From: Selaginella moellendorffii
Lineage: Eukaryota; Plantae; Lycopodiophyta
Length of the DNA stretch: 64,000 nucleotides
Reading direction: 5' to 3'
Assembly (NCBI RefSeq): GCF_000143415.4
Contig: NW_003314269.1
Location: 1,158,623 to 1,222,622, forward strand
Both the position numbers and the translations under genes were made by a program. A model generated the notes under the pieces. That model saw only the letters and a list, made by a program, of their open reading frames with translations. It was not told the DNA's origin and made no database searches. Within the stretch, counting starts at the first letter, position 1. Every line of letters starts with the position of its first letter. Shown here piece after piece: positions 46,084 through 59,403 of the stretch.

Positions 46084-46591
46084 ACGACGAAGACGAACTC
46101 CCGCGTCGAGCAGCAAGAAAACTCCTCTAGGTAGGAGTCTCTTCGTCTTTTTTCTTCTTTCATTGTTTCTCTTCTCTTTCTTTTTTCTGCTCATTGCTCT
46201 TCCTCCTCCCAGCTAAATGCATTGGTCAGGGCATGCAACGCCAGGCATCTTCCCCGTATAAAAAGACATCGTTTTTTAGCTCTTTGTCTAAAGGAATCTC
46301 TTCACGAATAAAAATGTTCCTTGAAAACTTTTAGGTTGAGCAAACACACACACAAAAGTGTGACGTGTCAGCCGATATGGCCTCCACGTCAAGAGAATCA
46401 CACGTCACCGGCCAGGCTAAACGCTTTTAACTAATCAAAGCACGAACTTTTCACAGATGTTAAGGCTAATTCAAGCGATTCACTATATAACAGTGAAACC
46501 GAATTTCCGGGTTCGAATCCTGGCACTCTCAACTCAAAAGTTTTTATTTTTTCACCTAACCGCAGGTTAAACATATATTATCTTCATGGTT

Positions 46592-46844
46592 TCACTTTGG
46601 TTTGGTTCGAGTGACCTGCGCGATGAGGCCCGAGAGCGCAGCGCAGTGCTTGGATCGATTCTCACACTCGTCGCAGCACTTCTGAAGATTGAGTATCACT
46701 TGTCGGCAGCTAGAAAGGCAAAATTGGAAACACGAGGCAAATAAGTGACCGATCCTCGTACCTTTCCATGACGTAGTGGTTTCTCTGGAGGCACGCTTGG
46801 ATGTCGCAAGCGTGCTGATTACACGGGTCTTTGCTCTTGGGCAT
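46592..46844 (-). CDS. CMC4: Twin-Cx9C protein, CMC4/MTCP1-like, copy b (66 aa)
   Basis: Exons 46844-46762 and 46709-46592 give MPKSKDPCNQHACDIQACLQRNHYVMESCRQVILNLQKCCDECENRSKHCAALSGLIAQVTRTKPK. Confidence 0.88.
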
Positions 46845-46951
46845 TTCTGGGAGAAAGAGGATCCAAGAACGAGGTGGCCTAGAAAGATAAATCGAGATCG
46901 CTACCTTACTTGCAGGAAAATAGAAGTAACCTACACAGAGGAGGACGATTT

Positions 46952-47248
46952 CTACTTGGCAACTTCGGCGGATTTTTGGGCCCTCTTCTTCTTGTCAAAG
47001 CTCGCGATCAGCCCCGACAGCGCTCCACAGTGCTTGGATTTATAATCGCAGTCCTCGCAGCACTGCTGGAGGTCCATGATCACGCCGCGGCATCTGCCAG
47101 AGATCAAATCTCCAGAGGAATTGGAGCTTGCGTTTGGGATTTGTTACCTTTGGATCACATAATCCTTCTTCTTGAGGCAATCCTGGATGTCGCACGCGTT
47201 CTGGTTGCAAGGACTGGCGCCAGCCGCGGGGACCCCAGTTCCTTGCAT
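46952..47248 (-). CDS. CMC4: Twin-Cx9C protein, CMC4/MTCP1-like, copy a (80 aa)
   Basis: Exons 47248-47148 and 47093-46952 give MQGTGVPAAGASPCNQNACDIQDCLKKKDYVIQRCRGVIMDLQQCCEDCDYKSKHCGALSGLIASFDKKKRAQKSAEVAK. Same intron position and phase as copy b. Confidence 0.88.
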
Positions 47249-47293
47249 TGGAGCCCAAGAACCCTAGAATATGGCTTCAAACGAATGGAATGT

Positions 47294-50200
47294 TTAGAAA
47301 AGTGGCAGGCTATTTGGGAAGCGAATGGCGAGCCAGTGCTTCTCGTACTCCACCCAGTGCTTCAATCCCATCTCTTCCAGGATCCGGATTCGCAGCTCAA
47401 ACAGTGGCTTCTGCGGCGGCTTGGAATCGTCTTGGATGAGCTCGTTGAGTGCCTGGAGAGAAATCGATCCAAAAGTCGTGAGAAAAAAAAAAAAAAAAAA
47501 CACGATCGAAATGAAGCTATGACATACCTTCAATGCGTTCCCGTAGCGTTTGAGCTTTCTCTCTCGCTTGACGTTGAAGAGCGCGTACTTGGACGATGTT
47601 ATGTCGACCCACTTTCGCAGCTCAGCGAATGTGGCCTCGTACTCGCTACTGTCTTCTTGTTTCTTGTCCTCTTCTTTCACGACCTCGCTCGAGCCTTCTC
47701 CGCTTTCGTCTTGTGGAGTTTCAATGCTCTCTTGCTTGGCCGATTCGAAGACGCCGGCCTTGTTTTGCTGTTCTTCTTTTTCTGCAATCGCAGTCAGCTT
47801 TTTACACAGCGCGTCCAGGAATGCGTCGCGCTGCATTTCCATGTCCTTTTTGGCTTGCTGCAAATGGAGTGCTTAGTCTCGGCCAAGTTTGTGCAACACT
47901 ACAAACGTACCACAGCATCAGCGTCTTCTGGTTCGTTCTTCATGGCAATAAACTTTGCGAGAGCGTCTTTCTCAATGCAACTGATGAGCTCGTCCGCAGC
48001 TGCGATCACCTGAAACGTCAAAAAGGCCTCGTCAGCCACAATGCTCATCGTGTTTTCGGATACCTCGTCGTAATCTTGCTCACTGTCCTTGGATGCTGCA
48101 AGCTTCTGCAAAATTTCGGACAGGAGCGGTATGTAGTTTGTAAACTCCGCCTGGCAGCATATCAGAAGGGCAAAATAAGCAAAACCAATTTCAGTTGAGA
48201 AAGGAATTACCTTTAAAGAATTTGCTTGACTAGACCATTCAGCGCGCTCTTCTTTTGTGGTTCTTGGGAGAAGCGATAGCAATTTGATCTTAACGTCTCT
48301 AACCTGCAGCGAGACGACAATGAAAAACACCGACAGCTTTGACATTGCAACTTACTTCCTCCTCAATTTTCTTGAAAGGAGACTTTTGTTGCTCTGGCTC
48401 CTTGTCTTTGGCCTTTTCATCATTCTAAAAGAACTCACAAATTACAACGGCAATAGAAAAAAAAATCATAATTACCTTGGCAGCGGGAGCAATCGGGACC
48501 ACAACCCGTGACACCGCAGGGCACGCCTGTCCATTTTCTTCACCTTTGTTGTTCGCGAATGAAGTCTTTCCCAACGTCATTTTTCCCATTAACAATGTTC
48601 CAATAGGCGCGTCCTGGAAAACTGCTGGTAAGAAAACTTTGTTTGCTGGAAAACTCCATTACCTTTGGAGCTTTATCGTCTCCAGGAGATGCAACATAAA
48701 AAGCACGTTTTTCTCTAACACAAATAACAAAAAGGATAAGTCAAGCAACGCTTTTCTTAGACATACCCGGGAGCCAGCACTGTAGGTTTGAGGCCGTTCG
48801 TACCAGTGATAGCACCATCGATATTTGAATAGGAGCTCAATTTTATGTAATTCTGCACAGAACACCGCCCGTGAGCTCATTTACAGTGAAAAATAAGCAC
48901 ACCTTTTCTTCAAGTCCACGATCAATGAATAATACTGCCTTCTTTAACTTCTCTAGGAAACTTGAATTGTCATGCCTACAAAAATATCGTTGAAGCTGAT
49001 TTTAAAAGGAAATATTTAGTACCTAATGAGCAAACGAATGGTGTATTCTCCCTTGGAAAGCTTCACGCCTTTGGGATAAACATCCCCCATTGAAAGTACT
49101 CTCTGCAAAATTCACACCATAAATGGGTAAAAGCAAAAAGCTGTGCCATACCTTGTTAGCATCATAAATCATATAAAACTGCGATTCAAATTCATTGTCA
49201 TAAACTCGACCATTCAAGGCGGGAAATCTTGGAGTATATTTACCCCCTTCTGAAAGGTTGACCTTATATCTGGACAAGCGTAAGTTATTAACAGACACAA
49301 TGACAGAGAACTCACATCAGTGTTAGACCATGTATTTGTCGTCCATCTGGTAAATTGTCTCGCTCTGCAGATAAGGCTTCTAACTTCCATTCGGAGGGCC
49401 GGTAAGGAGTTCGCACCTGTAACATCATTCAGAATTAACGTTGACTAAAATAAGATCCTTACCCTTGTTAAGGTTATTGAAGGAGTCAGTCTTTCACTAG
49501 AAAGAGGAGACATAACGTTGACTCGTGTCGCTACATCCGCTCCGTTTAAGAACAGATCACCGCTACAGCGAGTTAAGCCACGAAATTCAATCTGCACACA
49601 AATATAAGATGGGAACATTATAACATAACGTACAAAAATACCTCCACATCTACATGGGCGGCAGCATGACTACCACTGCCGCTAGACCAAAATTGCGATA
49701 TAGTCAACTCCATCGTTAGGCCCTCGCAAACAGAAAAGGCAAAACTTTTAGAGCAAGGTGCAGTTAGAGTAAGAATGCTTTCCCAAACGGATGGTCTCGC
49801 ACTCCTTTGAAGCTGGAAATTTTTTTTAAGTTACCACCAAGAAGTATAAAAAGACTAGTACCTGAACAGCGTTAAGGAAAAATTTCCTAGGTGTATCAAA
49901 ATTGGAAGTTCGGACAGTCATCTCGGCCCACGTAGCACCTTCGGGAACGGCTATGAATCTCCTCTCAACATGACCTTGATGAAAAAACATGAGTGCAATT
50001 CATAAAAATGAGGTTTCGAGCGAGGATTTACCAGGTGAGAATATCAATTTTAAGAAAGATACCGCTGGTGGCACTTCGGTTACTTGAACGGGCTTGACAA
50101 TTGTGACCGGGACACGAAACAATGGACCTCGCCACGGTGCCATACAATCTATGCCAACAACTTCAGCATAATGAACACCCGGCTTAAGATTTGTTGGGTC

Positions 50201-53200
50201 GACTATCACACTGTAAATCAATTATTAACAACGTGGCTAGTAGAATGACGTAACGTACTTGAAGGTTCGCCCATTGTGCGTGAGCAACAAATACTCGGGG
50301 CATTTAACGATTGATACGTCAGTGCTCTCGAGTTGAAGACGTTCTTCGAACGGTGCAAGCACATCTAGTTTGTCTACTCCCTCCTGAAACTTGGTCTTCA
50401 CTTGCACCGTCCACTGCAATTTTTTACGCTTGTCAATAACGGAAGTTGAAAAAAACAAGAGCTGAAAACAAGACGACACATCACCTCACTTGCACGCTGA
50501 GATTCACACGCATCTCTCAGATAAATGCCACGCATTGTAGGACCTGGATTAGCCGCCCGAGTTACTTGCACTGGATACCAAAGGGAAGGTAGCTCCTTGC
50601 ACTTTTGCAAATACTCATAGGCCCTTAACGCAGAAAAGAGATGAAGAGATTATTAGATTAGTGCGCTCACAGATCTTACTTGTCCACTTGAAGAAGTCCT
50701 CTTCCAGTCGTCAAACATTCTTCAGGAGAATTGCGTATTCGCGCCGCTGTATTCTCCAATGCCTTCCTCACAACGTATGGACTTATAGGCCTGCCTTCTT
50801 CCTGAACTGACATTTAGTCAATATACAAGGCATCTAGAAAAACCTTACTTTCAAGGAGCTGAGCACGAGTGCTATGCCTCCACAAGCACACGGCGACGCC
50901 ATGGAAGTTCCATTCATCAACATACGATGCTGCAGTGTCCATTTGGGAACAGGTGCAACAGCACCACCCGGTGCACTTAAACAAACGCCCAGATCACCGT
51001 CCGAAGTAGGACCACGGCTGGACCTGTCCAGAATCACGTTCATGAGTATGGAAACAAGGAAATAGCGAGCAAACTTTACCATGTGTATTGCATCCCCTCA
51101 GATGGTGGTTCTAAGATCGAATGAGCAGCGGCAGCCATCACCGGCGATACATATGCACCAATCCCCAAAATGCAAGACGAAGTACCACCAGGTGCTCCCA
51201 CTGTAGTTAGTGAAGGTCCATTGTTCCCAGCACTACTCACAAAAATCACACCGTGCTTATGTACCACCTATAAAACATAAAACTTGTTCAGAAACAACAG
51301 AACAAGCTACAAGTGTTTGCATGATACCTCATTCGCCAGTCTGGTGAAGCGACCATAATCAGGAAATCTCGTTGGCTCCCCGTAGCTCATATTGATCAAG
51401 TCACATTTGTTCTGTCAGGCGAAAGTAAGTCACTATATAGAACGAAAAACTGAACGACGCCAGGAGTTTCGCACAAGCAACACGGGTGCAGTAATACAGT
51501 CTATCAGGAGAAAAGGATACAAGGCTTGCATTGGCATGAGAAAGCTGTTACATATGAGCTCCGTTGAACAGTACCATTTCGTAAGTACCTCAATTACAGC
51601 AATGAGTGCACGAGTGAGGCCGGTGCCTGTTTCCATGGAGCCAAGTCTCGTATCTCCGATTTTACAGGAAACTAGCTGGGCTCCAGGAGCAATCCCATTC
51701 AACAATGGCTCCTATAAGTACGTCACAGCTTTAGTACGCATCATAGAAGTAAGATAAACAACCTTCGGATCGTGAGCTGCCGTGATCCCAGCCACATGAG
51801 TACCATGAGGGGAGCAATCAGTCACGATGCTAAGGATATCTCCATTGTCGTAGACATTAGTCACGAAGCTGCACGCATCCGTTCGAGAAAAAATGCCGTA
51901 TTTCTTCTCAATCCTACAAAAAAGTGGTCAGTAACAAACAAATTATACGCCTGTGTTACTTGTAGTTGGTCATTGGAGTAAAATCCTCAAGCTTTCCAAT
52001 CCCATCATCATCTTCCATCTCTGATGTATCAAGTGCAACGCGCCAAACCTCTCCATCGTGCCATACCACGGCGTCTATAATAGGACCTTTGTCCTCGTAG
52101 CTCTAGAACAAAGCAGCGAATCAGAAGGGACGATTCACAAAAAAGAAAAACTTTTGCTCACATCCATTAGCTTCTGAAGGATATCCACTTTATTCTGAAG
52201 GTCCTCTCTTTGCTTCTTCAAGTTTGAATCCGAAGGCTTTGGATATTTCTGTAGAATGCATCAGTGTTTAGGAGTAAAGCCGAAAAAAAGGAAACGGGAA
52301 AGGAAGCACAAGGAAAAAAGATGAAAAACAAAAAAAAGAGATGAGCTCTTACAAGGTCAAATGCCTGGAGTTGCCGGATAGCATCGGTAATGGCCTCCCT
52401 GTGATTTTTGTCCCAGTGTTTCCTTCGCTCCCTCTGAAAACATATTTCGAACTCATGCCGGAGACACAGACTATTACCTTCAGACGAGTAGACAGTCTCT
52501 CTGGAAAGAGCTCATACACAAATTTGCAGCCGACTCGCCAATCTCCTGATGGATTTACCCAGGATTCATTGAGCCGCAACGTGGCACCTGGTTGGAAAGA
52601 GAAATATCGAACCGAGCATAGTCGTGATCAATTTTCATACCAGAAGCTCCAATAATGCATCCCTTGTCATCTTGACGTACAACTTTGGATGTATCAACGT
52701 CTCCACTTCCAGTGCTACAAGAATTTTGTTGGTGCACGTAAACACACACTAGGAAGTACTGAAACTAGACTCACCAATCAACGATGTCTATGATTTTTGG
52801 CTTGCCATCCGATGTGATTTGTAGCCCAGCTGCGGCAGGATCTACACCAGAATCTGCAAACAGAGAGCATAAGAAATGCAAAAACTACCAATCAAACGAA
52901 CCAAATATCGCAATCACGACTCCTCTCCCATCATACTCGGGATGCTCTTCCAGGAACCGATCGGCGCCAATCTCCTTCTTGGGCATCAATCCGGCCAGGA
53001 ACGTGGACGCATCAATCGTCTCGTAGGACGCCAGATCCTCGAATTTCGACCCAGCGCTGTGGAAGGCGGGCATTGCCGACGCGCTCCTCGCCCGGAGCCT
53101 TACCCTAGACGACGACGACGATCGCCGGAGGAGCCTGCTGTGGCGCCGGATTTCGAGGTGAATCGACGAGATCCAATGCTGGCGCCCGCGATGGCGCTGC

Positions 53201-53274
53201 TGATCCGCCGGCGGCGATGGCGACCAACAGCGCGAGAGGACGAGCACTTGCGCACGGCACGAATAGAGATGCAT
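47294..53274 (-). CDS. TPP2: Tripeptidyl peptidase II (subtilisin-like), multi-exon
   Basis: [56 protein letters not shown] and C-terminal RFPNSLPLF. An alternative start at 53073 is possible. Confidence 0.95.
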
Positions 53275-53399
53275 AAATGGTGACCCTAGAGCACTATATA
53301 TTCTTCTCGATGGAGGGAATACATTCCGGGAATGATCCCCCTCAACTCATACGTATGGGTAAAACGCATGGATAAGTGGTAAATGTAGAATCTCTGGTT

Positions 53400-53878
53400 T
53401 TACTTTTTACTATCGGCAGCGGTGCTAGCGACCGCGATATCGAAGGTCTTGGGCTGGTGGGGCTCTGGAGGTGGGATCTTGGGCACAGTGACGGTGAGGA
53501 TTCCATCCTGGCAAGACGCCGCCACCGCCTCTAGGTTGGCATTGGCGGGAAGATTAAATTTCCTCATGAATTTGCCCACGGCGCGCTCCACCCTCACGTA
53601 TTTGATGTCATAGCTTGGATTGTCCTCGCGCTTGCGCTCGCCGCTGATCTTGAGGATGCTATCGTTCTCGATTTGGACCTGGATTGGATAGGATCACACA
53701 CACAGAGAGAGTTGATCGAGAGAGGATTCGCCCCAGGGCTGCATTTGGTGTGAAATTCCTTCGATCGCGTTTGTTTAGGTAATTTTACCTTGATGTCCGT
53801 GTTCTTGAGCCCCGGGACATCGGCCACAAACACGTATGATGCTGGGAGCTCCTTGACATCCACTGACGCGGTCGCCAT
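53400..53878 (-). CDS. Small heat-shock protein (HSP20 alpha-crystallin domain, cytosolic class II/III-like), 122 aa
   Basis: Exons 53878-53789 and 53678-53400. Motifs [48 protein letters not shown]. Confidence 0.9.
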
Positions 53879-54300
53879 TTCTTTTGGTTCTTTCTCTCTC
53901 TCTCTCTCTCTCTCTCGCTTCCAAAGAGAGGAAGAAGAAAGCTTTTGCTCGCGAGCTGGGCTTGATGACAGGGCCCAAAGGGCGTGACCTTTCGTACGCG
54001 AATGGCTGTACGATGGGGTGGCCAAAACGTCGACCCAAAATAAGTGAAAGGCAGAATATTCGGAGGATCTTTGGAAAGTACCTTGGGTGTATTTTTTTCC
54101 TTCTTCTTTTCCCTCCTTTCTTTGGTCCCAGCACCAAGCGTCTTACTTTAGGGTTTTTCATTTCGTCCAGCTCTGGGATGGGGGAGCTCCACTGAGGCGC
54201 CCGGATCCGCGCCCGAGGTTAGTAGCTCCGCGCGGCATTTGCGAGATCTGGAGATTGGTAGCTGCAAGAATTGGCCCGCTGCGTGTGAGATTTCGAAGCG

Positions 54301-57300
54301 ATGGCTCCCGGATTTAGGGGTGGGACGCGATTCCAGCAGCATAATGCGATGGGGGATGCGCATATCGCGCATCGAACAGTGTACTGCAATGATCCGGAGC
54401 AAAATGCGCCCTTCAAGTTCAAGGTGGAGTTACTGGAATTTGGTTTTCTCTTGTCTGATTCCTTGCTTGGGGGTTTTGCGATCCAGGGTAACGTGATATC
54501 AACGACGAAGTATAATTTGATCACTTTTCTGCCCAAGGGCTTGTTTGAACAGGTTCATAGCGCTCTACTCATCCTTTTTCTTAAACTTTTCTTCTTCATT
54601 CTCCTATGCAGTTCCGACGTGTTGCAAACCTCTATTTTCTTATGATCGCCATCCTTTCAGCAACACCTGTAAGGTCTGAGCTTAGTTCTTTGTTTGCTGG
54701 TATCATTTTTCCAACGTTGTGTTGAAATTTGCAGCCCTGTTCAGCCCATCACGAACATCGTACCACTGTCGCTAGTGCTTGCAGTATCTTTGATCAAGGA
54801 GGCTTTCGAGGATCAGGTGGGCATTATGAAAGCTTCTAGACACACGCGTTTTAATTCTACAGTCGTATAGAGGCGCTATCAAAGCGATAAAATAGTCAAC
54901 GCGAGCCCCGTCGAAGTCTGTAGAGGAAACGAGTGGAGGAATGTTGCGTGGAAGGATTTGAATGTAGGAGATGTTATCAGGGTACGTAATTCTCGTGTTT
55001 TAGGCATTTCACGGAGCGTTCTTAACAGGTTAACCAAGACCAATACTTTCCAGCAGACTTGCTTTTCCTAGCAAGTACCAATGCTGATGGGATCTGTTAC
55101 ATCGAGGTACTGTTTACATCTTGACGTCTAGAGTTCGTTGATTCACTGAAGTTTCTTTCATCTGGTCCAGACATCTAACCTTGATGGAGAAACTAATTTG
55201 AAGATTCGCAAAGCACTAGAAAAAACCTGGGATTACATGTATCCCGATAAGGCGCCAGACTTTAGAGGTAATCTCGAACTCCAGAAAAGCTATTCTGAGC
55301 GTTTGCGATGCGCAGGCGTAATAGAATGCGAGCAGCCTAATAACTCTTTATACACGTTCACTGGGAATCTAGTCATGGGAAAGCAAACACTGCCGTTATC
55401 ACCGAATCAGATTTTGCTGAGGGTAACACTGGTGTACTTGGAGTTTGCGTCCGCTGATATCGATGTGATGCGCAGGGTTGTAGCCTGCGGAACACGGAGT
55501 GGGTTGTTGGCGTCGTTCTTTTTACTGGTCATGAGACAAAGGTACACAAGTGCATTTTACTTGACAATTTTCAAACTTTAATCCAGGTGATGATGAATGC
55601 AATGGCCGTACCTTCTAAACGCAGTACTCTAGAACGAAGGCTTGACAAGCTGATTCTCCTTTTATTCTGTATATTGTTTGTCCTATGTGTGATTGGCGCC
55701 ATTGGAAGGTAAGTTGAGAGAAATGCTATATTGTTTCTAACACTTTCTGGATGGATGACAGTGCAGCTTTTATCGATCGCAAGTACTGGTATCTCAATCT
55801 CAGTAATGACGTGGAACAGCAATACAACCCCAGCAACAAATTTGTGGTATTATCTTTTGGCTATTTTTGCTGGCCTGGTTTTAAAACCGACTCTACAGGT
55901 TGCGATTCTCAATCTGTTCACTTTTGTCACCCTCTATTCGCCCATTATTCCAATTTCTTTATATGTGTCTATTGAGGTGATTACCTTCGTTCTATTCAAT
56001 CTCTGCCTGAACCGATTCTTCTGGCAGATGATCAAGTTTATCCAGTCAACACAGTTTATCAATAATGATCGTAATATGTACCATGCTCCCAGTAAAACAT
56101 ACGCGATGGCTCGTACATCAAACCTTAACGAGGAACTTGGCCAGGTAAACTATTTTGTCTTAAGTCAAATTCACGCAAGAACATGTCTGCTCACTATTTG
56201 CAGATCGAGTACATCTTCTCAGATAAGACTGGTACACTAACAAGAAACTTGATGGAATTTTTCAAATGCTCGATCGCCGGAGTAATGTACGGAACAGGAA
56301 TAACGGAAATTCAAAGAGCAGCTGCTCGACGCACTGGGACTACTATTGAAGAGGTATTTTATCTGATAGTTTTTTCATGATCTGGAAGGCTTAACGATGG
56401 CAATAGGTAAAACCTTCCGAATATGCCATCCGAGAGAAGGGGTTCAACTTTGACGATAGAAGGTTGATGAAGGGAGCATGGAAAAACGAAACTCAACCTG
56501 AAATGTGCATGGTGGGCTTAGTTTGGTACCAAGTTCTAGCTTATATCACTTGTGGTGCAGGAGTTTTTTAGGTGTCTTGCAATTTGCCATACGGTGTTGC
56601 CTGAAGGGGATGAGATGCCGGACAAAATAGTTTATCAAGCCGCCTCTCCGGACGAGGCTGCTCTTGTGCAAGCTGCTAAAAATTTTGGCTTTTTCTTTTA
56701 CCGGTAAGTTGAAACAGCAATTTAATTTTGTATAAATATATCTGGTTGGTGCTTGCAGGAGGTCACCCACAACGATCAAAGTTCGAGAATCATACCTCGA
56801 GAAGGCTGGTCGTGTCCAAGACGCTGAATACGAAATTTTAAATGTTTTGGAGTTCAACAGGTGAAGAAAGTTAATTCTAGGCGCTAGTTTCTTAACAGTC
56901 TTTGTTAGTGATATAGCACAAGGAAACGTCAGTCTGTCATTTGCCGCTATCCAAACGGGAGGCTCGTCTTGTACTGCAAGGTTTGTAGACCATGAAGATG
57001 CTTTTTTTTTTTTTCTAACGTTTTTGCATCTGCTAGGGAGCCGATAATGTTATTTATGAAAGATTGTCCGACAAGAATACTGAGATCAAAGAAGTGACGA
57101 GAGAACACCTCGAGAAGTTTGGAGCAGATGGACTTCGAACCTTGTGCTTGGCGTATCGTGATCTGGATCCGCAGCTCTATGATGCGTGGAACGAGAAATT
57201 CGTGCAAGCAAAATCAGCTTTACGAGATCGAGAAAAGAAGCTCGACGAGGTTTTCATTGCAGTCCCTAAAATGACGGTCTTCTGATGCTGTTTTCGAATA

Positions 57301-59403
57301 TAGGTTGCGGAACTTATTGAGAAAGAGCTAATGTTGATTGGAGCAACAGCCATTGAAGATAAGTTGCAGGAAGGAGTCCCAACGTGCATAGAAACTCTTG
57401 CGAGGGCTGGAATTAAAATCTGGGTGTTAACCGGGGACAAAATGGAGACAGCTATCAATATTGCCTACGGTATGGTATTGTTTTTCGTTGTTAAACAGCT
57501 CGCAAGATTTGCATTTTGATCAGCTTGCAACCTCGTCAACAACGAAATGAAGCAGTTTGTTATTGGTTCTGAAACAAAGGCAATCCGAGAGGTCGAAGAG
57601 AGGGTGAGTGAGAGCTGCTCTACAGTTCGTTAAAGTATGGTATTGACCTTCTTTCCAGGGAGATCCTGCTGCCACTGCTCGCACAATCGAGTCTTGGGTG
57701 AGAGACCAATTGTTTTCCTCTTTAACAGAGGCGGAAGACAATGAACGTGCAAGGACAGGGCTTGATATGGCGCTAGTAATCGACGGTAAATGCTTAATGT
57801 TTGCGCTGGATTCTCCGTTACGCGCCACTCTCTTGAAACTGGGAATTAAGTGCAAGGCTGTTGTGTGCTGTCGAGTTTCTCCATTGCAGAAAGCTCAAGT
57901 AAGTGTTTCCTTTCCATTTGTGTGTTTTGATCTTGTAATTCTATTGGCAGGTAACGAAACTAGTGAAAGACGGAGCCAAGAAAATAACTTTAAGCATTGG
58001 TGATGGTGCTAACGACGTGAGCATGATTCAAGCTGCTCATATCGGGGTTGGAATCAGTGGGCAGGAAGGAATGCAAGCAGTGATGGCCAGCGATTTTGCT
58101 ATAGCACAGTTTCGATTTCTTACTGATCTGCTCCTGGTGCATGGACGGTGGTCATATATTCGGATAACAAAGGTTCGTATGGTTCAAATGTCTCGTTTTA
58201 TCAGTCCTCTAATGCTGCCGCTTTCAGGTCGTGAGCTATTTCTTTTACAAGAATCTTACGTTCACCTTGACGCAGTTCTGGTTCAATTGCTACACTGGTT
58301 TTTCTGGCCAACGGTTCTACGACGACTGGTTTCAGTCTTTATACAATGTGTTGTTCACAGCACTGCCAGTCATCGTTGTTGGAATTTTCGACCAGGTAAC
58401 CGATACACTACTTCGCTCTGTTTCATTTTCACGGTGTTTGTTTGAGGCAGGATGTCAGTGCGACCAAGTCCAAGCTAAATCCTCAACTTTATATGGCTGG
58501 AATAAGAAATGCGTATTTCAGATGGCGTGTCTTAGCGGTTTGGTTCATCTCGGGAATTTACCAGTCCATCATTCTATTCGCTTTCCCCGTTCACGCCGGA
58601 AGGATTGGTCAAAACAGCTCTGGTATGCTACTTGGCCTGTGGGATCTAGGCACGATGGCTTTCACATGTATCGTCATCACGGTTAACTTGCGGCTCCTAA
58701 TGGCATCGACGTACTTGACCATCTGGCACCATATAAGCGTTGGATGCAGCATCCTGGCGTGGTTCGTCTTTGTTTTCATATACTCGGCTCTTAGAACAAA
58801 CTGGACTAGTCAGGTGCGTCCTCGCAAACCGATTTCGCTGCTAGCTCTCGTCTTACGCTTGCTTTGTTGCGTGCCTTTCCAGCTAAACATCCGTTTCGTG
58901 ATATTCGTTCTCATGGGGACTTTCTACTTTTGGTTCACGTTAGTCTTAGTTCCAGTGGTAGCTTTACTTGGCGATTTCCTCTACAGCGGGTAAGCCTACT
59001 TTTCCACCATCTGTCTTAGCATTTCTCTCGACTGTTTTGGCTTTGCAGACTCAGGCGCTGGTTCGCTCCTTACGACTACGAGATCATAGAAGAAGACGAG
59101 AAGTATCACCTGCGATCCTCCCCGACCTTCTCGTCCGAGGACGCGTACGAGATGCACCTGCTAGACGGGGAGCAGTCACTGACCGAGGAGGAGCGTCGGA
59201 CTCTGGCCATGGCTCAGCTCCCCCGCGAGAGGTCCCGGCACACGGGCTTCTCCTTCGACTCTCCGGGTTTCGACTCCTTCTTTGCGCTGCAAGAGGGCGT
59301 GAGCACCCCTCACAGGTCGTGGGACGTGGCCAGGCGAGCCAGCATGCATCCTCGGAGAAGGCTGGGAGATGGCTCCTCATCTTCGCGTTACAATGATATG
59401 TAA
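54301..59403 (+). CDS. ALA3: P4-ATPase phospholipid flippase, ALA3-like, multi-exon
   Basis: [77 protein letters not shown]. Confidence 0.93.

Noticed and set aside
46455-46531. tRNA-like sequence with a T-arm (CCGGG-TTCGAAT-CCTGG)
   Set aside because: No matching acceptor 5' strand or D/anticodon arms could be built; at most a tRNA or SINE relic or an isolated B box.
46910-48013. 367-aa plus-strand ORF
   Set aside because: It is the antisense shadow of the TPP2 3' exons and CMC4a, reading through intron poly-A.
51413-51588. U12-type donor GTATCCTTT inside a longer TPP2 intron
   Set aside because: The flanking exons join in frame with ordinary GT-AG sites, so no second intron is needed; likely chance.
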